Made by a program: the position numbers and the translations under genes. A DNA stretch of 64,000 nt from Neodothiora populina (Eukaryota), in assembly GCF_041146345.1 (NCBI RefSeq), contig NW_027191417.1:496001-560000 (forward strand). Reading direction: 5' to 3'. Below the pieces are notes generated by a model, which did not search any database, had not been told where the DNA came from, and was given only the letters and a program-made list of their open reading frames with translations. Shown piece after piece: positions 24,969-35,764 of the stretch. Each line of letters opens with the position of its first letter. Position 1 is the first letter of the stretch.

Positions 24969-25313
24969 ATTCGTTCGGCCCTCTTTTCTTCTGAGGTTTC
25001 CCTCAACGATGGTGTATACTTTGTGTATAAGCGCTTGTGACGACTGATGTTGTCGTTCCGGATTGGAATGTGTAGACGTTATAGAATATAGATTACGATG
25101 TTCCCTTCCCTGAAGCTTACAACTTTTCCCCCTCTAATGATTATCTATCCACTGCCATGGTGCAGAGAACGTAGACACAATTGCTCTTTCTGTTATGGTG
25201 GTCCTCAAACGCTAGAACGACTCATCTTCGCTTGTGCAATGTAATGCAATGCAGGCCCAGCTTATAGAACATGACCCCCAGCAGCAGCAGAGGCAGAACA
25301 ATCTTTGTTCCCC

Positions 25314-27990
25314 TCAGGTAGTCGCAACAGCAGAAGGCTTAACAGCCATAAACTCCCTAGCCTCCTCCTCAGAAACATGCAGCCCACCCCCAGCCGCAGG
25401 GGAAGACACGTCCCCATCACCCCCAGCCTCTCTACTCGTAACAAGTCCCAACCTCTCCTTCCTTATCAAATACCACATCTCCCTCCTATCACTTTCTCCG
25501 TCATCATCAACGACAATGTCCTTCTTCAACGCCCTCAGAAAATCATTATACATCTCCGGCGCCTCAAAGTCAATGGCTTCCTCTCTCATGACCCGCAGCG
25601 CCTCGAGCGCGCGCTGGTAGTTTGCGTCGCCGAACGAGGAGGTGATGAGGGCTTTTATGATGGCTGAGAACTGCGTGAAGAGGGACTGCACCGAGGCTAG
25701 GGATGTGGTTGTCAGCAGCGCGGATTTGAAGTCTGGGATTGCGTTCGCGGCGGTGATCTGAGGTGTGGCGTCGGTAATGGAGGGAGAGTCTGGGTTCGTG
25801 GGAGGTTTGGATGAGAGGAGAGCCGTCACGTCGAGGCCGGATAGGGGTTTCGGCGCGTCTTTGTTTTTGCGCCCACCGCCGTAGTGTCTCGAGCGGGTCT
25901 TTGGTGGCACTTTTTTCAGGTCGGCTGCATCGAGGATTTTTGAGACGAGGGGCTGGGCGCGGTCGGTGAGGGTTGCGGGTGGTGTTGAGTATTTTGTCAA
26001 GATTTCTGGGACGGGTGGAAGGGGTTTGGTGGGGTGGATTGCTCGGTGGCGGATTACTTGGTTTATTCTGTGGAGGACAGGTGAGAAGGTGTCGTCGATG
26101 TTCATGTATTCTTCCTCTTCTTCGTCCTCGTCCTCGGTCACACTGCTTTCTCCTTCTTTTTTTAGTTTGCGGATGATAGGAGAACCAGACACTGAAAGAG
26201 ATGTAAGGTCCATGGCGTCTACGTAGTCGCTCATTGCATTCATCAAGTCATCATTAGGCAAGTTGCGATGTTGTTTTAGTTGTTTTCCCGACACAGTGAC
26301 GACCTTGTCCAACGAGGGGAATCTGTATGATCGGACATCTTCTGCAAACGGAAGTTCGACTTCGTACAGACACTCGTGGTCGAGTTCGATGGATGGCGCC
26401 AGGAGTACTATCAGGGGCGCCTTGTCAATCTTCGTCACTAACCTTGCCACGGCGTACGAATCCAGTTCAAAGAGGGCGTGAATGAATGACGATAGTGCTA
26501 GGTTCGCTTTGTCGTTGGTTCGCATGCCTATTATGACATTGCTCCTCGACAGGTCCATATATCGTTCGTACTAAATTCCTGGTCAGCCATCGCGCCATCT
26601 TGCTTGAGAGTTCGATACACCACTGACCTGTTGTTTTGTCACAAATCCAAGGATATCCATTCCTTGCTTGGTTTCGAATGTGGTGACATTACGATCAGAT
26701 TCCGAAATGGGTACAGCAGTGCTTCCGTAGCTGTATCCCTTGGCCAGTTCTTCTGGTGAAACATCCCTCTTGCCTCCAGGTGCATTCTCGTCGACGACCT
26801 GGTAAGACCGAGCATTCTTGACAGCTGCCATATCTCCGGCCGTCCTCTCATCGTGACTGGCACCGGGTGCTGGCCCCGAACTCTGGACAAAAGTACTGGC
26901 GGTAGGAGGCCGTTGCACCATGACTCTGGGATAACGTTCGACGTCAATCTCGAATGCACCGTCATATTGCTCGCGATTGCCGAGTGTGAGATGGCCCTTG
27001 TATGAGGGCACTGGCTTGGTGGTCTTGAGTCGTGGTATACTTAATTCTTCGACCGCCTGGGCAATCGTGCCGAAAATGCCGTTACAGCCTTCGCAAAGTT
27101 TTTGGAATACCTGCTCGTTCTTCGCCTGTGTTGACGTCAACTGATGTCCTGCAATTTCACGGAAATTATAAACTCACCTTATCTTCATTCTTGTCTTCTT
27201 CTTTGACTCCATATTCGGGGTCATCAAAGTCCACGCCACTGGGCAATATTAGCTCAGGTCAAGGTAGCCAAAGAATCCCGCCAGATAGCCATACAGTACG
27301 GTGAGCTCTATGTTGTCGTTTGCAATCTTGCCTGCAATTTCTTCGATGTCGTCGGTGTCCATGAGGCCACGGCCATTGGTAACAAGAACTATTCTTCGTT
27401 CATACTTGAGCGCCTTACAGAAGCTGGATATCATCTGTATTGCGATGGCAAGAGCAGACAATGCTATAATGGGGTCAGTCGTGACCATAGTCAAGAAGTT
27501 GCTCACTCACCATCGCCACTTTCGGTATTACTCGGTTTGAGTTGATCTTTTAGTTGACGGATATCGGACATCAAACATCTATAAAGTTAGGACAACACAG
27601 CGAACCAGAATCTCAGCACACTTACTGTCCCAATGGTTTGAGAACTGTTATATGCTCGTAACCATCTTCAGTGTCCAGCTCATTTTGTGTCTCTTATCTG
27701 CTTATCAGAACCTTTGCTGTCCAGGTGTACATCGTCCTGCAGCATATACGTACCATCTGTACGCAAGCCTATTACACCAACATTGAGAGTCTTGCGCTCT
27801 GTAGCGACCTACCATTACAAATCAATCTATAATTCTCACAGCCGACATGGTACGTACTTACAATAGAAGTGATCTTGTCCCAGACATATTCGAGCGTCCA
27901 ATCTAGGTCATGCTGTTCGCGATCATGTCGCTGTTCGCTCGTGGACTGACCTACGTCGACTATGAAAATCGTTGCTTCCTTTGAAGCCAT
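25314..27990 (-). CDS. KU80: Ku80, ATP-dependent DNA helicase II subunit 2 (NHEJ)
   Basis: MASKEATIFIVDVG vWA start, KYERRIVLVTNG, LAKGYSYGSTAVPIS, ALSSFIHALFELDSYAVARLV, LPFAEDVRSYRFPSLD, SSFGDANYQRALE; multiple introns. Confidence 0.93.
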
Positions 27991-28061
27991 TTTGCAGAGA
28001 GTGTATAAGTCGAGTGGTGCAGAACACACACACGGTGCTCCATTAAAGAGAAGTTCTCCTT

Positions 28062-28074
28062 CGCGTCTACGCGT
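28062..28074. promoter_or_regulatory. Tandem MCB-like elements (CGCGT + ACGCGT) upstream of KU80
   Basis: tcgcgtctacgcgt about 75 bp upstream of the KU80 ATG; MCB boxes are typical of DNA repair and replication genes. Confidence 0.4.
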
Positions 28075-28500
28075 TAAACAGGCAGCTACCTAGCATGCCA
28101 AGATCAGGCGACTTTCACATCTGCACTCAGGAAACACTACACGCCAATTTGCTCTATCCGATGCAAATGACCTACGGTAAGAGTACCTACAGCAGCGTCT
28201 GATCTCATAAAATGTTGCGGTGGTTACTTGCAGATACTCTCAGAGATCTGCAGTTCATCAGCGCGTTCGTAACGCGAATGGATTGTGTACTTCAATGGCG
28301 TCATCACCCCATCTGACATCACGCATAGAGTTAGCATATCACTTCTTCCCTGGTACTATATATGCCCTTGTCATCTACGCCTCTCCAGACCAAATTATAT
28401 AAATCCACATGCGCAGCCTCAAATCTAGCAATATATACAAGATTCGATTCTGTACTCTCCTTCCAGCCCGAAAATCATTTCAACCTAGCAATCACGCACG

Positions 28501-29145
28501 ATGCCGTTGTCGCTAGGATCAGTGGTCGACTACAAGGCCTATCACATCCTTAGCTATGGCACCCTTCTCGGTGCCACTGTCTTTCAGTCCTTCATAGGTG
28601 GTGTGGTGGCGTACAAGTGCCTTCCACGACCGCAGTTCTCTACCTTACAGCAGAACATATTTCCGATCTTCTTCGGCATTCAGACAGTGCTTCCTCTGAT
28701 TATGCTTGCTACATATCCTGGAGAGAAGTTGCTAGGTATTGGCGGAGAATACATCAGAGAGAACGTTGGCTTCAGCGGTGTCATGGCCGAGAGTAACAGA
28801 TGGAGCGTTCTTGTGCCACTCGCCACCATACTTATCACTAGTGCTGCGAACATGTTCTTCGTTGGTCCGGCCACAACCAAGACGATGAAGCAGAGACACC
28901 ATCAAGGTAAGACTAGCAGAGTGCACCATACGGCATGTGAGCGTACCACGTTGCGGCCTTCCCTTACTAACGCTCTTCTAGAAACCCGCGATGGCAAGAA
29001 GAGTTATGACCAGGGTCCCCACTCCCCTGAGATGCAACGGCTGAACAAGGCATTCGGAAGCCTGCACGGCATCTCTACTATCCTCAACCTTGCGGGCCTT
29101 GGTGCTATGATTTACTACGCATATGTTCTTGGTTCCAAATTGTAG
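28501..29145 (+). CDS. TMEM205-like / DUF4149 membrane protein
   Basis: YHILSYGTLLG..FQSFIGGVVAY..LPRPQFSTLQQ.IFPIFF..Q, N...VGP.TTK.M, LNKAFGSLHGIST.LNL; intron 28907-28981. Confidence 0.85.
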   Translation: MPLSLGSVVDYKAYHILSYGTLLGATVFQSFIGGVVAYKCLPRPQFSTLQQNIFPIFFGIQTVLPLIMLATYPGEKLLGIGGEYIRENVGFSGVMAESNRWSVLVPLATILITSAANMFFVGPATTKTMKQRHHQGKTSRVHHTACERTTLRPSLTNALLETRDGKKSYDQGPHSPEMQRLNKAFGSLHGISTILNLAGLGAMIYYAYVLGSKL

Positions 29146-29202
29146 ATGGCGGGCATCGTACCTTTTCTGTATATAGCATTCACCTGATCTGGTCGAACCA
29201 CA

Positions 29203-29287
29203 GCCCCTTTAGCTCAGTTGGTAGAGCGCGACACTAGTATTCTAATACGAAATGTCGAGGTCGCCAGTTCGACTCTGTCAGGGGGCA
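29203..29287 (+). tRNA. tRNA-Thr(AGT) with a 12-nt intron (29240-29251)
   Basis: GCCCCTT/AGGGGGC acceptor stem, GCTC-AGTTGGTA-GAGC D arm, CGACA/TGTCG anticodon stem with AGT at 29236-29238, T loop TTCGACT; one C-T mismatch in the T stem. Confidence 0.88.
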
Positions 29288-30482
29288 ACGCAAAGCAGTG
29301 CTGCTGGCTGGTAATTTTGTCTTCATGTTTGGTGCCTGTAAACTCGGCATAGCATCATTTCATCAGAATTGAGAAACGAGCCACTATTTTTGCCATATAT
29401 CCGCGGTCACCAGTGAGACGACTTTGCTTGTTCGCTAACAACCCTTGGCGGCAATTGATGGTGTCTCGATCGCCAACCTGAATAAAGCTGTGCATAACTG
29501 TGATCGGATAATAGAGACATTGATGGCAGGGCAGCAACTTGTATATCTGCTCGGCGTGGCTACGCACTCTGCTTGTCTCCTCGAATTCATCAAATTGAGT
29601 AAGGGACCTATCACAATTGGAAGTCTGAACAGCCTCTTGTATGGTGGCGCTCTACCTAGCTTATGTTAGCACGGATGACGAGCATGTGCCAAGCTCGCTT
29701 CTGGGGCGATATTTTGATCATGGTAGACCTGACTTCATACCTTCCAGACTAGGTGATTATACAATAGAACAGGGCAGCACCACAAGCTGTAGAGAATGCC
29801 TTGAGAACTTCTTCGTATACACAGGTAGGGGTGCCCAAGGGCGAGTAGATCCTTGGTTATGATCCATTTTTCGATTGTTTTCACCAAATCTCTGATCCCC
29901 CTTGATTCTTATGAGAGGTGTGTGAAGCAATTCACTGCCCTCACGAAGGTGACCGTAGTATCGAAAGAAAGTCAGCAAATCACCGCCCAACGATGGACTA
30001 AGTGAGAGTGTAAATCAAATGTAAGTAGCTGGCTAGCTACCATACGGAATGGTGGGTAGCAGCTCAGAAGTCCCCATGTCGTAAAGTTTTGCGGCAAAGG
30101 TCTTGCGTCTGCTGGTGCCTGTTGATGTCCTCTGTATTTGGGACACCCTCACAAGACCTCACACAATTGCAACTCCTCACTTACACCTGCTACGCATATA
30201 ATGGACCTTATCTCTCCCTTCTTCTCTTCTTTTCTTCTTCACAAAGTCAACAACAACAGCGATCACAACAACGATAGCAAAAGCAATCATTAACCGCAAT
30301 TTTATTATCATCTTTGATAATAAAAGAACATCATCAGCAGCAGCATCAGCAGCAGCTCAGTCAATACATTCTCTTGCGTCGCCATCGTCGTCGCTTGTTT
30401 TGTGACTTTTTTGTCACCTCATTATTTCAGCACCAATTCTTCTTCCCATTCCCCTTTTCCCTCCCCGTCCTCCACCATCATC

Positions 30483-33115
30483 ATGATCCCAATCGTGTTC
30501 ATTGGGATCCTGTCGGCTCTCGTCGCAATTCTCAGCGTCGGGAACCTTGGACCTGCCAGTTGGCCTGGCTTGCTCCTACAGGCTCTCCCTCAAGGCGGGA
30601 TCTTGCCCCCTCACTCCCCTCTTCCCCTCTCTCTCCCTCTCCCCTACCATCGCCCTCTCTCCCCTCTTCCCCCAAGCTCGGCCGCCTCGTCGACGTCCTC
30701 CATCTTGACTTCTTTCTTTCTGCCCCCAGTCTTGTCATCCCCCTCTTATCCGGATGTCATTGGCTCTGCTGCCTTACCCACAGCACCCTATGTCATTCCC
30801 TCCCTTGAAAGAGAGACCGTCGGGGCTGCATCGTTGTTGCCCTTCTTCCTTTTACTTCTTCTTGTTCTCGCTGCCTTACTGCTCTACGGCATCTCTGCAA
30901 TCTCTCTTCGCTTGGCCGTGGCCAGACCAGTAGCACCAACTGCTGGCTACCAGCGAGAGATCGAAAACCTCAACCTCCGGCTGGCCCAGCAGTGGGGGGT
31001 TATCGAGGGGCTCGTCGCAGATGCCAAAGAAGCCCGCAATGGCAGTGAAGCCTCCAGAGTCCTGCTTGAGTCTTCCCAGGCCAAAGCACTGGAGCTTCAA
31101 CGCAGACTGCCTCGTCTCCAGAAAGATCTGGAGAACAAGACAGAATGCTTGGAGGAGGAGACAAAGGCACACGATCGCACCTTCAAGAAGTTGGAGCGTC
31201 TCGAGCGCCGCCAGAAGCAGGACAACATCAGCAGGCACAATCGCCCTGATGTTCGTCCATCCCTATCCATCTCGATGTACCCCAGTGTATCGACGACCAC
31301 TGTCCAGCCCACTGCCACCGTTCAACCCTCTCTCTCCGTTGCCTCTACCCAGACAGAGCAACCTGAGCCTCTTGCAATGCTCTTGCCAACTTACAGTGTT
31401 GCCTCTGCCTCTACCCAGACAGAGCAACCTGAGCCTCTTGCAACGCTCCTACCAACCTTCGCCGATGCCTCTATTCAGACAGAACATCATGAGCCTCTCG
31501 GGCTTGAAGCTGCTGTCACACAGCTCAACAAGACCCTTGAGCAGCAACAGAAGGAGCTTGGGGAGAAGAGCAAGGTGATCGAGGTCCTTGAGGCCGAGAA
31601 AGCCTCTCATCTCCACAAGCTGGACGGGGAAGATCGCAAGATCAAAGAGCTTTCCACGACGCTGGAAACAGCCAACGATATTGCTCGAGATCATGCTTCC
31701 AAGGCAGCGGGCTCGGAACTTACACTGCAGGCCAAGGACGAGGAGTTGGCTTCATCCAGATCCGCACAGCTGGAGGTAACGCGCGTGTCTTCGGAGACCG
31801 CAATGAGATTACGCCAGCGTGTTGACTTGGTTGAAGCCGTCAATGAGGGGCTCTTGGAGCAGGTCACGCGCGGCCGTCAATCCATAGGGGAGATCCAGAC
31901 TCTGAAGCAAGACAATGAATATCTTCGGAGACAGATCAGATCCCTGGAGGATGCCGTGGCCAGCATCAGCACCATCAATGAGCCCCCTGCGCAGGCTCCT
32001 CAGGAGCAGAGCACCACCTTGGCCGAGGTGCAGACGGAAGGGATCGACCAGGGCGCCGCTGGCGAGTTGCAGGAAGCACTCGCCATGTTCGATCTTGAGG
32101 GTGTGGACTTCAATGCCCTCGGGCCTCTTGAGCTTCCCTCTCTGAATGTGGACGACTATGAAGCGGCCGTCCGTGATCTTGAGAACCCTCTCGTTCAAGC
32201 CTTTCCCAACGTTTCCTCCGTCGAGGAAGCTAACCCCATGGCGCATGACGCATCAACTCTCGATGTGTCAGTCATGGATACAGCTGAGACTGTAGCGGAA
32301 GTTGGTGAGGAGAACGATGAGGACATGGATGCGGAGACACTGCTCCGACACTTCTTCGATCTTGACACAGACGAAGAAGAAGCAGATGTCAACTTCGAAG
32401 ACGTTCCCAACATCGATTTTGCGGCTCAGGTTACAGAGCCACAACAAACCCTCTGCAAGTTCAGTCCTGCTGTACCATTTGAGGTGGTGCCAAATGAGCC
32501 ACAGCAGACTGTCCAAGCATCAAATACCGCTGACTCTTCAGAGGAGCAGCAAATATCCTTCACTTTCGCCCCCCTAGGCCACTACAGCTGCAGCAGGAGT
32601 CCGAAGAGGACGAGGACGAATTTGAAGCAGAATTGGTACGGGAGTTAGAAACGGCAATGGTTTCCCAACGGGAGCATGATGAGATGCTCTCTCGACGGGT
32701 CATCAAGCCACTCCGTGCACGCCGTGTTGCTATCCAACCGGCTGTGCCCGTGCCAACTCCCGCGGGAATGCTGCCACTCAGCGCGCAGGATAGACCCATG
32801 AGAGCTCTCCCTCGACGTCGCCGTGCGATGCAGACCCAAGTGGAGCAGACTGGGTCATCACCCGTGATTCAGCAGTATAATCCCCACTGGGAGAATATTC
32901 CTGAACCGCCGGAGTTGACGCAGGAGGAGCTTGATTTTCTTCTGGATGAGGCACAAGAACTCAGCTCAAAAATGAAAGCTGAGGGAGAGACCACTTCGGT
33001 ACCTCAGAGTCATCCGCCAGATGCTCAAGAGCCCGAGACTGCCCAACAACCTGTTGAGGAAAAGTTGGTGGTCATCGACCCTCAGCTGCTGGCGCTCGAT
33101 AGAGCACAGCAATGA
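30483..33115 (+). CDS. Orphan membrane-anchored coiled-coil protein with TQT repeats and an acidic tail (apparent 1-nt frameshift at C6 run 32569-32574)
   Basis: Intronless ORF of more than 720 codons from ATG 30483. Two hydrophobic segments, heptad-rich E/K/L/Q stretches and an acidic C-terminal half. The acidic composition continues in the -1 frame to TGA 33113-33115. Confidence 0.7.
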
Positions 33116-34045
33116 ATAGAAAGTGTTTGGGCCAACCATCACTGAATACAGAGTGAATGAGCGCGCTCATCATTGATTACTATCAATGTCGCCATCACAT
33201 CTCACACCTACTGAGGCTTGCCATCGCCCAGTAAGGAATACGGAATGGACTTGTGCATCCCTCCATCGCCAAATACCATCCTCGCGGTCACATCTGTTGA
33301 CATGAAGTCACAAGCTTCATCGGTACCTCAGCACCCTTGAACAGAAGCTCAGAAGCCTTCTCAATCCCTTCTTCCAGAGCCCTGACCCGAGGACGAGCAT
33401 GTGACGATCGACCCTTACCTACTGGCTCTTGTCAGAGCTCAGCCATGATTTATGGCTAACGAGCCTGCGAGTTCCATCCAGTCGTCACACAGCTACCTAC
33501 TGGCGCTCTCGAGAGCCCAGGAGATGGTACAAAGCGAATGAGCGCAGCCGATCAACCCGCTATCATCAGACCACACGCTGGTGCTTCACATAGCCCAGCC
33601 ACGATGAGCGTAACTGATCGACTCGCCAACATCAGAAGTACACCCTGGCGCTTCACATAGCCCAGGTCACGAATACATGGTGAACGAGCGCAGTCAGCCA
33701 ACTCGCCGTACATCCCATTCTTGCTGGTGCTCACTATAGCCCAGCAAACGATACACAGTGAATGAATGCAGCCATCACTGTATATTGCCAACCATGCTGT
33801 CACGACGAAATCCTTCCACCGTTCGTCAGATCACAGCAGCTGATGCAATGAGAGTCTACACACTCGTTACTGAGGCACATCTTACCCATCACAGTCACCT
33901 AGTTGTCACACTACATACCTACTGGTAGCCTGACAGAGTCCAACAACAAACACATTGCAGAAGGGCTCAATCACATCCCTAGAGGCAGAAATTATCACCT
34001 CACTCCTGCATGACCTTGCTACTCGCGCTCAACGCAGCACAGCAG
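33089..34045. repeat. Degenerate array of a 21-bp quasi-palindrome CTGGYGCT-N6-AGCMCAG
   Basis: Copies at 33089, 33211, 33422, 33500, 33578, 33645, 33724, 34022. Confidence 0.75.
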
Positions 34046-34164
34046 CAAGTCCAGAGCGAAGGGCCACTCACTGATCACTGAGTGGAATCTCCATTGCGGT
34101 CGTGGTCAACATCCATTCACGTTACACGTGTCACATGCTTCTCATCATATGCAATCACTTTACC

Positions 34165-34800
34165 ATCACATCGCGTGTCTACTGGCGCTAGACATAGCAG
34201 AGTGAGTGAGCATGCTTGTAAAACTACCTCGAGCTCTCCTTCAATACATAGTCCTCCCGACAACTCATCTTGTCGAAGGAACATCAACCCCACATCACAC
34301 CGCATGTCTACTGGCGCTAGACACAGCACAGTAGATGAGCATTCACGCAACACTGTTTCGAACTCTTGTCGGAACACAGTCCTGGCGACTCATCTCGTCG
34401 ATATAACACCAACTACTATCACACCGCATGTCTATTAGCACTAGACATAGCAGAACGAACGAGCATACATGCGACATTATGTCGAGCTCTTCGTCAAAAC
34501 ACAGTCCTCCGAACAAGTCATCTTGTCGAAGAAACATCAAATACCATCACACCGCATGTCTACTGGCATCAGACACAGCAGAGTGAATTAGCATACATGC
34601 AACACTATTTTAATTTCTTCATTAGAACGCAGTCTTTCAAACAACTCGTCCTGTCGAAGAAACATCAAACAAGATCACACCGCATATCTACTGGCACCAG
34701 AAATAGCAGAGAGGGTTAGCATACATGCAACACTGTTTTGAGCTATGCTCTAGATTCACAGTCCTCTCGATAACTCATCTCATCTTGTCGAAGGAAAACC
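34165..34800. repeat. Tandem repeat of 5 x ~127 bp
   Basis: Units start near 34165, 34291, 34417, 34545 and 34674 (ATCACACCGCATGTCTACTGGCGCTAGACACAGCA...CAGTCCTC..CTCATCTTGTCGAAG). Confidence 0.9.
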
Positions 34801-35764
34801 AAAAACCACCTAAAAACCCAAAAAAGGTCAAAACAAACAAAACAATCACCAAAAAAGTTGAAAAGGAAGATAGGGGATCGAGTGGAGGAAATTTTACCGC
34901 TGGTTTGCCATGAAGGCATCCACATACCAGCACTGGACAGAGCCTAGCAATGGAGGCAGAGCACGCGTTCACATGATCAACTCGTGGTCACAACACAAAT
35001 CTCCAAACAGCCTCAGTTGTCTAAGAGTGATAAAATCATGAGCAATTGATGATTCACAACAAATGCTGAGTGAGCGAGCATACAAACGCACCCAGACACA
35101 TGCTACATCGCCACCACAATATGATACCCTCGCTGGCTTGGCTTGTCGGACGCGAAGGCAACAGCAGCATCTCCGCCCCTCGTCATCAGCAAAATGAAGA
35201 GAAACCTACAAACAAGGCTTTCCTTTCTATGACAACAGAGGGACTACACAGTGAGGTGCATTCAAAAGTATCACTGCGGAGCAAGAAATACCAAGTGAGC
35301 GAGCACACACACTCGTCGCTGAACATGACCATCACATCGTCACAATTCAATGCTCCAGGCGACTCAACTTGTCAGAATCGAAATCAGAGTCGACCGAACG
35401 AGAACCCAAAGCTCAATAGCAATTATCCCTCGTTCAGACAGTGCAAGCGGCTTCAGATGTCTATGACACATAATCAGCCTTGCACATTGAAGGTTCCTCA
35501 CGCTCTTGGCTCCTTTTTCTGCGACCAAATCCATTGAATAGGCCGCGTCGAAACAAGACACGTTTCCCTCAACATTAAACAATTGGGGAATCAACAAATC
35601 AAGACGCGTTGGACAGCTATATGTCTCTTCAAGAGCTATCACCAACCTTACACCAAAAGCGTGTTGCCTTACAACCTACTTGGCCCCTGATGCAGTGCCG
35701 AAACCAAGAATCGGACACATTGCACGATCTCTCTCCATGATCAATCAATTGTGAAATCAAGAAT

